From the NCBI GenBank assembly GCA_951406725.2, contig OX597822.1:77562001-77626000 (forward strand): DNA of 64,000 nucleotides, read 5' to 3'. The translations under genes were made by a program, and so were the position numbers. This DNA is from Octopus vulgaris. Its lineage: Eukaryota. The notes under the pieces were generated by a model. The model was given only the letters and a program-made list of their open reading frames with translations, searched no databases and was not told the origin of the DNA. Positions 27,466 through 41,233 of the stretch are shown piece after piece. How positions within the stretch are numbered: the stretch's first letter is position 1; each line of letters opens with the position of its first letter.

Positions 27466-27972
27466 TTGCATGTATGTGTATACATATGTATATATATATA
27501 TTTATGTGTGTGCGTGTGTATGTATATATTTGTATATGTCTGTGTGTGTGTGTATATATGTGTTTGTAAGTATATATGTATATATATATGTGTGCATGTG
27601 TATGTGTATATATATGTGTGTGTGTATGTGTATATATAAATGAAAACTGTCTCTCAGTCTCATCTAATAACTATGTCAAAAAAAACAAAACAATTTGAGC
27701 AGCTGCTCTATCTTATCTTTGCGAAAGGTAAAAAAAAATGCATATCAAAACAACACGAAAGAAATTAAAGAAAGTGTGGGGGTGGGGTAAGAGAAAGAGA
27801 GAGAGAGAGATGGGAGCAGGGGTGATATAGGGGGGGATAGTGCAGATCTGAGGCATTTGTTTATTCTTCGTTTAATCACGGTAATAAGATATATAATTAA
27901 AACCAAAATTACAAACAAAAAGAATGCAAAAAATGAAAAAAAATCCCATAAAACAAACAGAATTCTTAAAAG

Positions 27973-28016
<44 letters not shown>

Positions 28017-28769
28017 CAACAATAATATAATAATGATCATGATAAAATTCCTTTTACTACATCCCATCCTATTTTGCCTGCGTTCACCTGCCATTAATTA
28101 AGTCTAAATTAGCTGTGTGCAATTATTATTTGTTGACATCAGTGGATGAAATAGCTCCAAAGTGCAGAGAGTGTTCGGTAAATGCTGCAATTCAAGTTGT
28201 ATAATCTCATCCATTTGGTTAGAAAGAAGGAGAAGAAGGAGAAGTGAAAGAGGAAGTCTGGATGTCGATGGTGGTGTTATTTAGCCCTGGGTCGGTCCTG
28301 TGTCAGGTAAATCTATGCTGGAAAGATTCTTTTTTGGCTTTTCCAGCAGTAAACCAGTCCCGCTGTCTTTCATCATTTGTCTTTATCTTGTTTCAGTCAT
28401 TGAACTGTGGTCATGCTGGGGCACCACTTTGAAGAATTCAGATGAACAAATCGACGCCAGTGTTTTTTTTTTTTTTGATTTTTAAGTCTGGTACTTATTC
28501 TGTCAGTCTCTTTTGCCAAACTGCTAAGTTAGAGGGCTGTAAACAAACCAACACCTGTTGTCAAGTACTAGTGTGGTACTGACCAAAGCACAAAGACAAA
28601 TTTTATATCTATGTGTTTATGTCCCCGTAACTTAGCGGTTCAGCAAAAGAGACCGATAGAATAAGTACTGGGCTTACAAAAAAAAAGTCCTGGGGTCGAT
28701 TTGCTTGACTAAAAGGCGGTGCTCCAGCATGGCTGCAGTCAAATGACTGAAACAAGTAAAAGAATAACA

Positions 28770-28804
<35 letters not shown>

Positions 28805-30496
28805 CGCATACATGCAAAGAGACACACACACACATGCTAGCACAAATGTAAATTGAAAATTAATGCAATTTTCATTTGCATTACCTGTTGACTCACCCTT
28901 CAAAATATGCATGTGTCTGTGTATGTATATCTATTTATCTATCTATCTATCTATCTACCTATCTATCTATCTGTGTATATATATATAATTATAAAAGTTT
29001 TGAAATGCATAATATATATTAGCACAAACAAACAGAAAATAAACACAGAAGGTTGCCAAATACTCATCAGATATTCATTCACCAAGGATCTTCACAATTT
29101 TACGCCTTTAATGTTAAATGTGCAAAATTGTGGAGAACCTTTGGGTGATAACTGATGAGAATTTGGTGACCTTCTGAGATTGTTTTCCATTTGTTTGTGC
29201 CTATATATATTATGTAATTTTAAACTTATTATTTAATGGAACGCCACACATTATCTCTTATTTTATTTACAGCAAGTGAACGTATATATATATATAGGAT
29301 GGGCTTCCATCTATCAAATCTGCTCACTAGGCTTTGGTTAGCCCAGAGCTATAGTAAGTCTTTTCCTGCAGTACCAATGCAGTGGAACTAAACACAAACC
29401 AATGTGGTTAGAAAGGAAACATCTTACCATGCACCCATGCTCTTTTTTTTCTTTTTGTTTTAAGAATATACCCAAATCTCTGCTGTTTATTGTATTGTAT
29501 GTGTGTTTAGCCCTAGGCTAGCCTTGGTTAGTCAATACTATGTTAAAAGGCTTTTCAGCAATAAGCTAGCACATCTTTTGTTTAAGGAATATTATACCAA
29601 GGTTCTACATTGCAACTTCTGTTGTGTGGCTCCAGATCAACCCTGTTTAACTAACCCTACAACCATAGAGACAGACTCAGGAAAATCACCCAAACAGACA
29701 TCTTATGAGTCATGTTTTGTATTCAGTGATCATAAAGAGGAATAGCAGAACCCATACTGTGAATCCCAAGTGGTTGTGATTGCTTGTTCAAACATGTCAA
29801 AGGTCAAAGAGGTTACTTTCGTTGCTGGTTGAGGATTCTACATCTCCAACATTTCTTCTTTTGCATTTTTTTTTATTTGGCATTTTTCTTTCAAATGTTC
29901 TTCTACCACCAAACACTTTATATAATGATATTGTTTTTGACATTGATAAAAGTTGTCAAGTTTTAGGGATGGGTATAGCTGATTATATCACCCAATCCCA
30001 GTATTTGTATGGTACTTAATAAACTAGGGTGTTGAACTCATGATAGTAAGATTGTGGTTTCAATTTCTGGACTAAGCAATGCATTTTCTTTCTTTTTTGT
30101 TGAGCAAAACACTTTATTTCATGTTGCCCCAGTCACCTTGGCTGGTGAAAATGAGCAACCTTACGATTGACCAGCACCTCATACTGGGTTATATGCCAGA
30201 GAATTTGGGAAACCAGCCCTATGCTCCTTACAAAGTAATGTGGAGTAACCAAAGAGTGAAAGACAAAGGTTTATCCTAATGGGATTTTGATATGACAGGT
30301 TTAAATTCTGGGCCATGGTCAACAATTTTATGGAGATGGGTAACTCAATTTATCACTAAGCATTTTGTCCTGTGTGGTAATGATTCTACCAGCTCACCAC
30401 CTTAATTTCTATGTAACTAAATACAGCAGTGCCTCTTGGCCAACGCTCTACTTGTCCTGCCATTCTTTACAGGAACAATATGTGGATGATATTTAA

Positions 30497-30715
30497 CCCT
30501 TTCGTTACTGTATTTATTTTGAGATGCTCTGTGTTTCTTTCAATTACTTTCAATAACAAAGAATTTAGTAAAATAACTTAGTTATCATTAAGCTAGTGTT
30601 AGGAACATTAATTGCAACTAAGGTTTGGTGGAAGATTTTGATTAAAAACTTAAGAAAACAAAACATTTGTACTGCAGAGCCATAGCTGGTTTCAGCCGGG
30701 TTAATAACAGAAGGG
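30497..30715. mobile_element. piggyBac-type MITE (~220 bp)
   Basis: TTAA|CCCTTTCGTTAC...AGAAGGG|TTAA, same family as 38992 and 39241. Confidence 0.75.
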
Positions 30716-31189
30716 TTAATACTGTAGTAAAATAAGACTATTCACCATAATCCTCATTTGATGTCCACTTCACTGCTCATGTGAATCAGACAGAATTTGT
30801 TGAGGCAATTTTCTAGTTGGATGCATTCCCTGTTGCCAACCTTCATCTGTTTCCAAGTGAGGTTTTATTTTCCCATGACCAGATATGTTTTGCATGGAAA
30901 TGAAAAAGATCCCTTGTATGATGATGATAGCCATTTCGAACCATCATGTGACATCTTGGCAAGAGTACACACAGATACATGTTCACACACTCACTCACAC
31001 ATGATAAGCTTCTTTCAGTTTCCATCTACCAAATCACTCAGAAACTTTATTTGGCCTGAAGCTATTGTAAAAGATACTTGTCCAAGGTGCCATGCAGTGG
31101 GATTGAATCCCTAACCACATGCCTTGGAAACAAGTTTCTTAACCACACAGCCACCTGTGCCAATGTGATGCCTGCACCACTCTCCACAA

Positions 31190-31680
31190 TAATATTATTA
31201 TTGTTATACATACATATACCCAGGCCTATTCCCCATTTTTTTAGGAGCGAGTAGGCATACACCAGGCATTCTATTCATTTCCCAGCTCAAAGAGGCAAGC
31301 CCCGTGCTATGCTTGCATCAAGGCATATAACGCAACCCCCAATATAAGCAGCTGGGCTCAACAGCATATGCTGGTTTACCCCCGCTGCATCATGCTGGTT
31401 CCGTACCCCTTTTGAGCAACATCAAATTCACTCATCCATCCATAAACACTCTCCAAGCTTTCCTATCATTTATAAACTCTCTTGCCTCTCTCACTCCAAC
31501 ACCTCTAACCACCAAAGCTTTCCTCACTCCATCCATCCACACAAACAGAGGTATGCCTCTGGTTCTGCTGCCCACCACTTCTGTCTTCATCACCCTCCTT
31601 ACCATCCACTCCTCATCCATCCTCTCCATGTGGCCAAACCACCTCAACATTTGTCTATCCATTTTGGCTATAAAGTCCAT
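31190..31680 (-). mobile_element. 5'-truncated RTE-clade LINE 3' end
   Basis: ORF 31432-31680 contains LRWFGHMERM..GSRTRG..W.DGV..DRKAWR, followed by a 3' UTR and an (AAC/AAT)n tail. Confidence 0.8.
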
Positions 31681-34600
31681 TACAGTTATAAAAATATTTT
31701 AACATACTGATATTAAAACACTAACAACAAATAATACATAGATAATATAAAACATTATTTAGTTATAATTGACATCTAAATTTTTTTAATAACATATCTA
31801 AAACCACACCTAAAATTATGTAATGATGTATCAAGAAAAATATCTAATTTAAAAATTATTTATGAAGCCATGTTAACAACACACTTCAAAGTTTAATAAC
31901 TAAAATTTAGATCAACAATTTTTAATATATTCTATTGAAAAATCATTTCTAATTTCTTTTTTAAATGATATAATAACTAAAAGTAACATATAATTTTTAG
32001 AATATAGAAAGCTAAAAATAATACTTTGAAATAAACTTTAAAAATATAAAAATTACTAAATAGGAAATATATATTTTTAATATACTATAACACAAAAATA
32101 TTATCAACATTTTAAAAATAATATATTTAAATATAATATGAATATTAGGAAAATATAATGACTGAAAATAAATTGAATATTAAGAGAATCTAAATAATTA
32201 AAGTTATAATAACTAAACATAACAGATGTATGTGTTATAAATATTTAAACCATTAGAAATAATATATATATATAATAAATAAGACAGTAACCAAAATACT
32301 GTTATGTGTTAAAATACAATAACTAAATTATAAAAATATGATTAAAAATGACATTATTGAAAACATCATCAACATCATCATCATCATCACCATCATTTAA
32401 CATCTGTTTTCCCTGCTGGCATGGATTGGAGAGGTTTGACAGGACTCAGCAAGTTGCAGGGGTGTGCTGAGCCCCAGTGTCAGCTTTGGTATGGTTTCTA
32501 TGGCTGGATTCTTTTCCTAAGAGTAACCACTTTACAGTGTGTACTGGATGCTTTTTTTCCATGGCACCAGCATTAGTGAGGTTGCCATGTGTGTTGCAAG
32601 ACTCAGTTTAAAACAATATATGAAATAAAGCCCTAAATTTTAAAAATAATGCCAAAATTCTTAGTATAATGTACGTAAATATATTACATAAATAAAAGAA
32701 AAAAAACGATATATTAACTCAAAATGAAATCTAAATTTTTAAACATATATGATCAAAGATAATACATCATCACCATCGTTTAATGTCTGCTTTCCATGCT
32801 AGCATGGGTTGGACAGTTTGACTGAGGACTGGTAAACAAGAAGGGTGCACCAAGTTCCAATCTGATCTGGCAAAGTTTTTACAGAGGGATTCCCTTCATA
32901 ACACTTAAAGTGGCTGCTTTTTACATGCCACCAGCATGAGGGCCAGTCAGGTGGTGCTGGCATCAACCAAGCTCGGATGGTGCTTTTTATGTGCCACCAG
33001 CATGGGAGCCAGTCAGGCGGAACTGGCATCGACCACACTCAAATGGTGCTTTTTATGTGCCACCAGCACTGGCATCAGCCACACACGAATGGTGCTTTTT
33101 ATATGCCACCAGCACAGGTGTCAGTTAGGTGATACTGGCATTGGCCACGACAACAATTTCACTTGACTTGACAGGGCTTCTCAAGCACAGCATATTGCCC
33201 AACGATTGAAGGATACTTTTAAACAGGCTGGTTTTGCAACACTGGCATTGGTCATGGCTATGATCTCACTTGGCTTGCTGGGTCTTCTCAAGCACAGCAT
33301 ATCTCCAAAGGTTTCTGTCACTTGTCATTGCCACTGTGAGGCCCAATGTTTAAAGTTATTCTATGAATAAAGTAGCTGATATTTTCAACTTGAAATGATA
33401 TTAGATATGGGTGTGTGGAGAAGAGGTTCAGATTGCAGCTACATGGTTTCAAGTCTGGTCCTATTGTGCAGCATTTTGGACAAGTATATTCTGCAATACT
33501 GTAATAGACCAATGCTTTGTGAGTAAATTTTATAGACAGAAACTTTGCAGAAGCCCCATTGCATGAGTGTGTGTGTGAATGTGTGTGTGATGAAAACATG
33601 GTACAGAGCAACAACAATTGAATTTACAAGAAATCACACTCAGAACAGGTAATCTCAACCCCTCATCAGCTGACAGCCAAATATCATCACGATTTCGACA
33701 CACACACACACACATGCATATATATATAAGTCAGTTGCCCATAAGTTTGAAATAAAAACACACTCATTTGCAGAGTGAATACATTTTTATATCATCAAGC
33801 ATCATATTACTGGTCATGACATATGACTGGTCAGAATGTTACAGTTAGTTTTTCATCAAATGTTGCAACTTAAAAGTATTGGTGACTCTTCAGACACGCT
33901 TGTCAGAAAGGAGTGCATAGCTTCATTTTGATCTGTTATATGCAATCTGACTGTAATACATTGTATGATGATGTGTTTGTGTGTGTGTATGTACATGCAC
34001 ATATGCTTCTTTATGTTTGCGTTCATCTTTCACCTCTTTACAATCAATGTTGGTTTGTGTACATCCCCATAACTAAGCAATGTGGCAAAGAGAGACTGAT
34101 AAAAGTTTTCCCTTCATCATCGTCGTTTAACATCCTCTTTCTATGCTGGCATGGATTGGATGATTTGACTGAGAGCTGACAAGCCAAAAGGCTGCACCAG
34201 GCTCCAATTTGATGGGACAAGGTTTCTACAGCTGGATGCCCTTCCTAACACCAAGCACTTTTTTTTTGTACCACTGGCGTGAGGGCCAGTCAGGCAGTAC
34301 TGGCATCGACCATACTTGAATGGTGCTTTTACGTGCCACTGGCACGGGATCCAGTCAGGCAGCACTAGCATTGACAACACTTGAATGGTGCTTTTTACAT
34401 GTCACCGGCATGGGAGCCAGTCAGGTGGCACTGGCAACAATCAGGCTTGAATGGTGCCTTTTACATGTTACTGGCACAGGACCAGTCAGGCAGTATGGGC
34501 ATCAACCACGCTCAAATAGTGCTTTTTACATGCCACCGGCACAGATGCTAATCTTGAAACAATGAGTACTAGAGTCAATACGATCAACTAAAGCCTTTAA

Positions 34601-35624
34601 GGTAGTACTCCAGTATGACCACCGTTCAAACACTGAAATAAGGCAAAAAATAATAGAATCGGTTTGAGATAAAAAGGGTCAAACATCCCCAAATTGGGAT
34701 CTGAGATGTGTGTCCGTTGTTTGCTGGATGATTGTTTTATTGCAGTTACTCAACATGGAACCTACCAATCCTATCTCAAATTAATAGTCTTTTTTCCCCC
34801 CTTTTCCTGCAATGTATTTATTTATATTTAGCAGTGCTATTTCTGTCTCTTCAAAATAATGAGCTACTTAACTTAGCAGACAATTTAACCAGTATTTACA
34901 AGCATAGACTTTAATATCCATCATAGCAGGACAGACTAAGGGGCATATACAAATATTATGTGATGCTGGTTTGTATATGTATCATCATCATCATCATCAT
35001 CATCGTCTATTTACCTTGCTAGCATGGGTTGGACAGTTTGACTGAGGTCTGGAAAGCCAGCATCTGCACCAGGCTCCAATCTGATCTGGAAATGTTTCTA
35101 CATCTGGATGCCCTTCCTAAAGCCAACCACTCCGAGAGTGTCATGGGTGCTTTTTACGTGCCACCGACACAGGAGTCAGTCAGGCAGCCCTGGCATCGCC
35201 CATGTTCAGATAGTACTTTTTAATTGCCACCAGCACGGGTGCCAGTTGGGCGGCCCTGGCATTGATCATGTTTGGATAGTGCTTTTTACATACAGTTATA
35301 TTTGGGGATGGTCATGTTGCTAATTTAGCCATTGAAAACATGCGCATTATTTATTCGGTGTTTGCTTGCTTCCCTAAATACAACAATATCTGTTTCAACA
35401 CATGAGCTCACATCAGGAATTTTGCAAAACGAATACATAAACGTATATATATATATATATATATATACATATTCAGTAAAAGCAATTAAGATTCAAGTGA
35501 GTTCCAATTAATTCACATGAATGAGGTACTTAACTTAGATGCACCAGAAATCTATATGGTATTAACCATAAAATAATGTGGGGTGATTATAAACAAGAAA
35601 AAAGCAACAAGAATGGATTAGTTT

Positions 35625-35713
35625 TTCAGTACAATTGTTTCATACGAAGAACAGCTTTATTAAAAGCTGCAAATATTGCAGCAAATACAATTGTTCCGTA
35701 CTCATCAGCCAAA
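35625..35713 (-). ncRNA. Type I hammerhead ribozyme, same family as 7181-7265
   Basis: UUUGG-CUGAUGA-GUACG...CGUAU-GAAAC AAUU GUA/CUGAA, with the same loop-2 sequence and downstream tail as the 7181 copy. Confidence 0.75.
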
Positions 35714-36583
35714 CCGCATATGAGTTTTCAAGTCTCTTCGATACTTCATGAGTGTAGCCTCACCCCCTAGGATGTTTGAAAATTCATATTGGTGAATTTT
35801 GAGTAGTCATTTTCTTTTTTCTTGTCAAATAAACACACACTATATATTCATTCTTCACTCATTTATTACTGTTCTTATTCTAGCTTGTGTCCATTGTCTG
35901 GAAATCTTACGTTACACATCTGTGACCTCTTCAGTGACACTTTCCGTCTTCGTGTGTGATCTTACTCAGCTTATGACATGTGTCTTTATATGCACATGCA
36001 TCTGTGTGTGTGTGTGTGTGTGTGTGCGTGTCATTGTTCTTAATAGCACCCAAGAAGACATGGGACAAGTTGGGGAAACATGTTCTTCAAATGTTGGGCC
36101 TCACAGAGCTAATGACAAGTGATTGAGACCTTTGGCAGTATGCCTTGCTTGAGAAGACCCATCAAGTCAAGTGAAACTGTGGTCGTAGTTAATGCCGGTG
36201 TCACATAACTGGCACCCATGACGATGGCACGTAAAAAAGCACCAATTACACTCTTGGAGTGGTTGGCAATAGGAAGGACATCTAACCATAGAAACCATGC
36301 CAAATCAGATTGGAACCTGGTGCAACCCTCCACACACACACACACACACATATGCACACCCATCACTTTAATAGCTCCAAGGAGGTTGTAGGCTGTTGCA
36401 CAAGCACTCAGCTTTGAGTTCAGTGCTTTTTATAGCAGAAACAGCTAGAAGCCAATGGAGTTGATTACGTCATTTCTGTTCTCTGGTCATTAATTAATTA
36501 ATAATATACTCTGTACTCTCCTAACTGTTTACTCTAAAGCATATGTATAATGAGTTCTAACAATTGTTTTTTTTTGTATCACT

Positions 36584-36618
<35 letters not shown>

Positions 36619-38991
36619 TGTTTAGCATCTACCTTCCATGCTGTATGGGTTGGACAGTTTGACAGGACCCAGCCAGGCAGAAGACTACACCAGGGTCCTG
36701 TATCTGTTTTGCCTAAGCAAAATCATGATATAAAAATATATGGGAGTGTGTGTGTGTGCATGCGTGTAACACATATCTCACTCTCACTCTCTCTCTCTCA
36801 CACACACATGCACACACATATACAACCCATCTGTTATACTAACTCATCTAACAGAAACAAAAATAGAAGCAAGAGCACTCAGAGAGCGCAAACCTCCACC
36901 ATGGTAACATCAACGTCCTCTCAACGATTAGCCAGGGATGATTTTTAAAATGAGAATATCTTAAATGAAATCGACTGCTCTCAAAAATGAGAATACTAAA
37001 AATGAACTCAATCGCTCTCAAAGATTAAGTAAAAGAACTGGAAAAATAATCCAGAATGCTTGTCCGGTACCAGATTGATCCCAAAATCTAACCAGTTCGT
37101 GCCAGTCACAAGGCCAAACATCCCTGAAAGTTTCAGCCGAATTCATCCATTGGTTCTTGAGATAACTTGTCCACATAAAAACAAACACGACTGAAAACAA
37201 TATTTCTGCCTTCACTAAGGTGGAGGTAATAATAAAATAGAACATTTTAGCTAATATGATACTTAAGAGTGAAAGAGTTTCAGCCCCACCCCCTCCTACT
37301 AAGTAACAGATCCTTTATCATAATCTGATTCAACACAATGCATAAAAACAACAATAAAAAATCTGCACATAGTTTGATATTGTAAAACATAATTCTGAAA
37401 AAAGCACCAGATTTTGTCAAAAACTACTTACAAATCTCTGAGTCTGAGATTAATATTTTAATGCCAGCAAGAATGTATCATACATTCTTTTGATAATGCT
37501 TTATGTATTGAAAATATGATTTTGCTTCCTTCATTATTAGCAAGGACTCATGAAGATTTGGCAGAGGTTTGCCAAATCCTTATGTAATTTAATTTCTTGT
37601 TTAAATTTGTTAAGATCAGCTGATTTATCATGCGCAATAACTAACATGTCCTACCAGTATTAACAGCAGCAGCGCCATTATATTATGTTCAATCAAGCTG
37701 TTGTCTTCCTTTTATTCTTTTACTTGTTTCAGTCATTTGACTGTGGCCATGCTAGAGCACCACCTTTAGTCAAATATATTTATACATATGAGTGTGTGTG
37801 CGTGTATTAAGGTATGTATGTATATATGAAATAATATGTTTGAAGTTCTGTTAAATAATCAAATAGAATGATAATTAAGTGAAAACGGTACATTACACAG
37901 TTTATATAAATTGTTACAGCCAGACAAAGGATGCTTGATATTTTAGCATGAGAATGCCTTATTCATAGCAACGAATATGAATTAACACTACTTAAACAAA
38001 CAGAAATTTAATTTTAATTCTTCCATCCAGCTGTAGTCCTTTAGATTCAAGTGGTTTTCTTCCTATCAGATATCTAATCAGGATCCCATACAAAGGATTC
38101 TATAGCATTCCACAACATATCGCTCTGTCCAGTATCAAGTCTCAAGCTATTGTGATACACTTCACATGATTTAGCAATTTTACTTCCTCTCTCAGGTTTT
38201 AAGAGCAAGGGAAGAAGAAGAAGAAGAAGAATACTTGAAGTAATAGGAAGCTATGAAAATAGCTGGAGACTTGAGACATGAGACTGGACATATGGATATA
38301 TTGCCCAATGCCATACAGTCCTTTGTATGGCATTCTAATCAGATATCTAATATCACAAAAGGCTCACGCAGAGAAAGGGATATGACTGGTTGACAGAATT
38401 GATATCAAATTCCTAGTGTTGTGTTATTATCATTGTTTATTTATCATCTTTCTTACGAAAGTTCTCATACCAATATGTCACTATGGTTTATATTGACCAC
38501 TTTATATTTATAAAGGATGGGATATGACAATATGAATGGGGCATGACAATATGAATTGGTATGATAACAATGCAGTGGGGTGTTGATTGCTAATAGTACA
38601 GCAGAGAGGGAGTGGTTCCTAGCACTACAGAGATAGTGGCATGGTATAGTATAACAAGTTGCTTTCATTTTTTTGACAACAGCAGAATGATACAGTAGAT
38701 AGGAGTATGATGGAAAAATACATGACTGTTGATGAGAAGTGGGGGGGAGGATGGTATATGGGTACCAAGAAGAGGGTAAGAATGAGAGTGAGTGATCAGT
38801 AACAAGGCGTGGGGGTCATTGATGGTAAGCATGGGGAATAGATGTCAGTCAGTGAGAAGCAGCTCAGAGGAGGCATCCATTTGCCTCTGTGGGAAAGGAG
38901 AGATGGAGACTTGTTTGTGACACTGTGTACATGTACATTAGGCTTTGAGAGCCTCACTTATGATGTAGTAGCTTAGCATGCTGAGTCTTAA

Positions 38992-39461
38992 CCCTTTTGA
39001 TACGAACCCAGCTGAAACTGGCTCTGGCTCTGAGTACAAATGTCATGTCATATGTTTTTAATTAAAATCTTCCACCAAACCTTAGTCACAATTTATGTTC
39101 CTAACACTAGCTTAATGATAACTAAGTTATTTTACAAAATTCTTTGTTATATTTAAAATTAATTGAAAGAAACACAGAGCAACTTAACTAAAATATGGTC
39201 ATGAAAGGGTTAAAATATATAATAGAGGAACAATTCTTAACCCTTTCTATACCAACCCGGCTGAAACCACCTCTGATTCTGTTGTACAAATGTTTTGTTT
39301 ACATAAGTTCTGAACTAAAATCTTCCACCAAACCTTAGTCACAATTTATGTTCCTAACACTAGCTGAATGATAACTAAGTTATTTTACAAAATTCTTTGT
39401 TATGTTTAACGTAATTGAAAGAAACACAGAGCATCTCAACAAAAATATGGTAACAAAATGG
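38992..39461. mobile_element. Two adjacent piggyBac-type MITEs (38992-39209 and 39241-39461)
   Basis: Each starts TTAA|CCCTTT. The first ends AAAGGG|TTAA. Both are reverse-complement homologues of 30497-30715. Confidence 0.75.
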
Positions 39462-39716
39462 TTGAAAGAGAAAATATTGTAAAATAATAGTTCCATCATC
39501 GTCATCATTTTAATGTCCACTTTTCCTTGTTTGCATGGGTAAGATGGAATTTGTTGAGGCACATTTTCTACAGCTGGATGCTCTTCCTGTCACCAACTTT
39601 TGCCTCTTTCCAAGGAAGGTAATATTTCTTCATAACGAGACATGTTTTTCACAAATGATTGGAGATGAGGACCACCACTCACATGACTATGACTAACGAC
39701 TTATGGTGGGCAGGTG

Positions 39717-39914
39717 TGGGGGTGCTAAAAAGTTCCTGGTTGTAAGGGTATCGCAAAAGGCCTTCCATGTTCTTTTACAGGACTTAGAAAAATTGAAGGA
39801 CTGTTGCAATAAGTGTGTGAATCTGAGAGGGGAATATGTTGAATAAAATCATAATTAACTGATCCTCCTGTATTTTCTTTTACCCAATGCCAGGAACTTT
39901 GCAGCACCCCCTCG
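39717..39914. mobile_element. Mariner-type MITE
   Basis: TIRs GGGGTGCTAAAAAGTTCCTGG / CCAGGAACTTTGCAGCACCCCCTCG followed by TA. Confidence 0.65.
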
Positions 39915-40169
39915 TATTTGATGCCAAGGCAAGAAAATAGGTGCACACATACTCACATACACAATGGGATATGAGTTTCCACCCACCAAAGTCACTCACA
40001 AGGCTTTGATCTGTCCAGGGCTTTAGTAGAAGTTGTTTGACCAAGGCACCACCCAGTAGAACAGAACCAAAATCCATTTGGTTGGGAAACAAACGTTTTA
40101 CCTGCACCTCTAAACAGAAGCTCCACATGGAAAAAAAAAAAAAAACTTTTTGCACTTGCTCTTAATTCT

Positions 40170-40494
40170 CTCATGAAGTATGTTTGCCACCTAAATGTGG
40201 TGGACCCATAGGGGACAATGCTACTGTTGTTTATAGCCCCAGGAAGACATCTCCTACAGCTGGCTAATGACACACTGTCTGTGTCCGATTAGTATTTGCG
40301 ATGGGAAATCATCGTTCCCATCTCTAGCTTTACGTACACAGACAGTGTGTCAATAGCCAGCTGGAAGCGATGTCTTCTTGGTGCTATAAACAACAGAAGC
40401 ATCGTTCCCTATGGGTCCGCCACATTTAGGTGGCAAATATACTTCACGATTCCATGCTGCTACTGTTTACGTCTCACTCAGAGATTTATTATTA
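40170..40494. mobile_element. Head-to-head palindromic element homologous to the 3' half of the 359-bp retrozyme unit
   Basis: Arms 40171-40307 and 40315-40449 are inverted copies, and the right arm has a 45-bp extension. A 9-bp direct repeat CTTAATTCT lies at 40161-40169 and 40495-40503. Motifs are shared with 46906-47094. Confidence 0.75.
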
Positions 40495-40735
40495 CTTAAT
40501 TCTATGTTTTTTTTTTATTTAATTTACTTGAATTAGCTATGTGTCATTCACATAATAAAATTACATAATATTATGTTAAAGTTGATTGTGTATCTGTTGC
40601 ATAGTGTGTTAGACTACAGAATGTTAGTGAAAAGAAAACTCATAGTATTCTTTTACATAGAAAATATCATCATGAAGAACAATTCTGGGAGACTTGCAGG
40701 TACTTTCAACCTGGGAAATGTCAGGTATTTTCCTA

Positions 40736-40778
<43 letters not shown>

Positions 40779-40819
40779 TAAATAAATGGAGTTTAACGCA
40801 GGTGTTTTCAAATATTTTT

Positions 40820-40905
40820 ACTTTCGACACATGTTTCGAAAATTCCACTGATACTATTCAAAAGAATAAATGGTATAAACAATGCAATCTTCTCCTCGGG
40901 AAAAT
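40820..40905 (-). ncRNA. Type I hammerhead ribozyme in the inverted PLE pLTR
   Basis: Reverse-complement copy of 42236-42322, with stem I AUUUUC/GAAAGU. Confidence 0.75.
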
Positions 40906-41233
40906 GAAAAAAACGAAACTCGTCAATAAAACATTTTAGCAAAAAATGATGGATTTGTATAGCGATTGACAGAACGCTATTAATATTGTTTAAAAAACGT
41001 TATATGATATAACGTCATAAGTAGCTAACAGAAAGAGTAGGGATATTAATAGTGAATGTTAAATATAAAGGAAATTAAAGTTTAAATTATATATAATGAT
41101 AGAGACTACTTATATGCACTAAATGTATGTTTTTGCCAATGTTTACATCTGTATGCTCGCTCTATAACCGTATTTACTAGAGTCTTTTTAGAAAAAATAA
41201 TGAAAAATAGCTCAGAATTGCAGAGAAGACAGA

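Noticed and set aside
31690-32370. Very AT-rich block as a mitochondrial insertion
   Set aside because: No recognisable mitochondrial gene, tRNA or rRNA motif.
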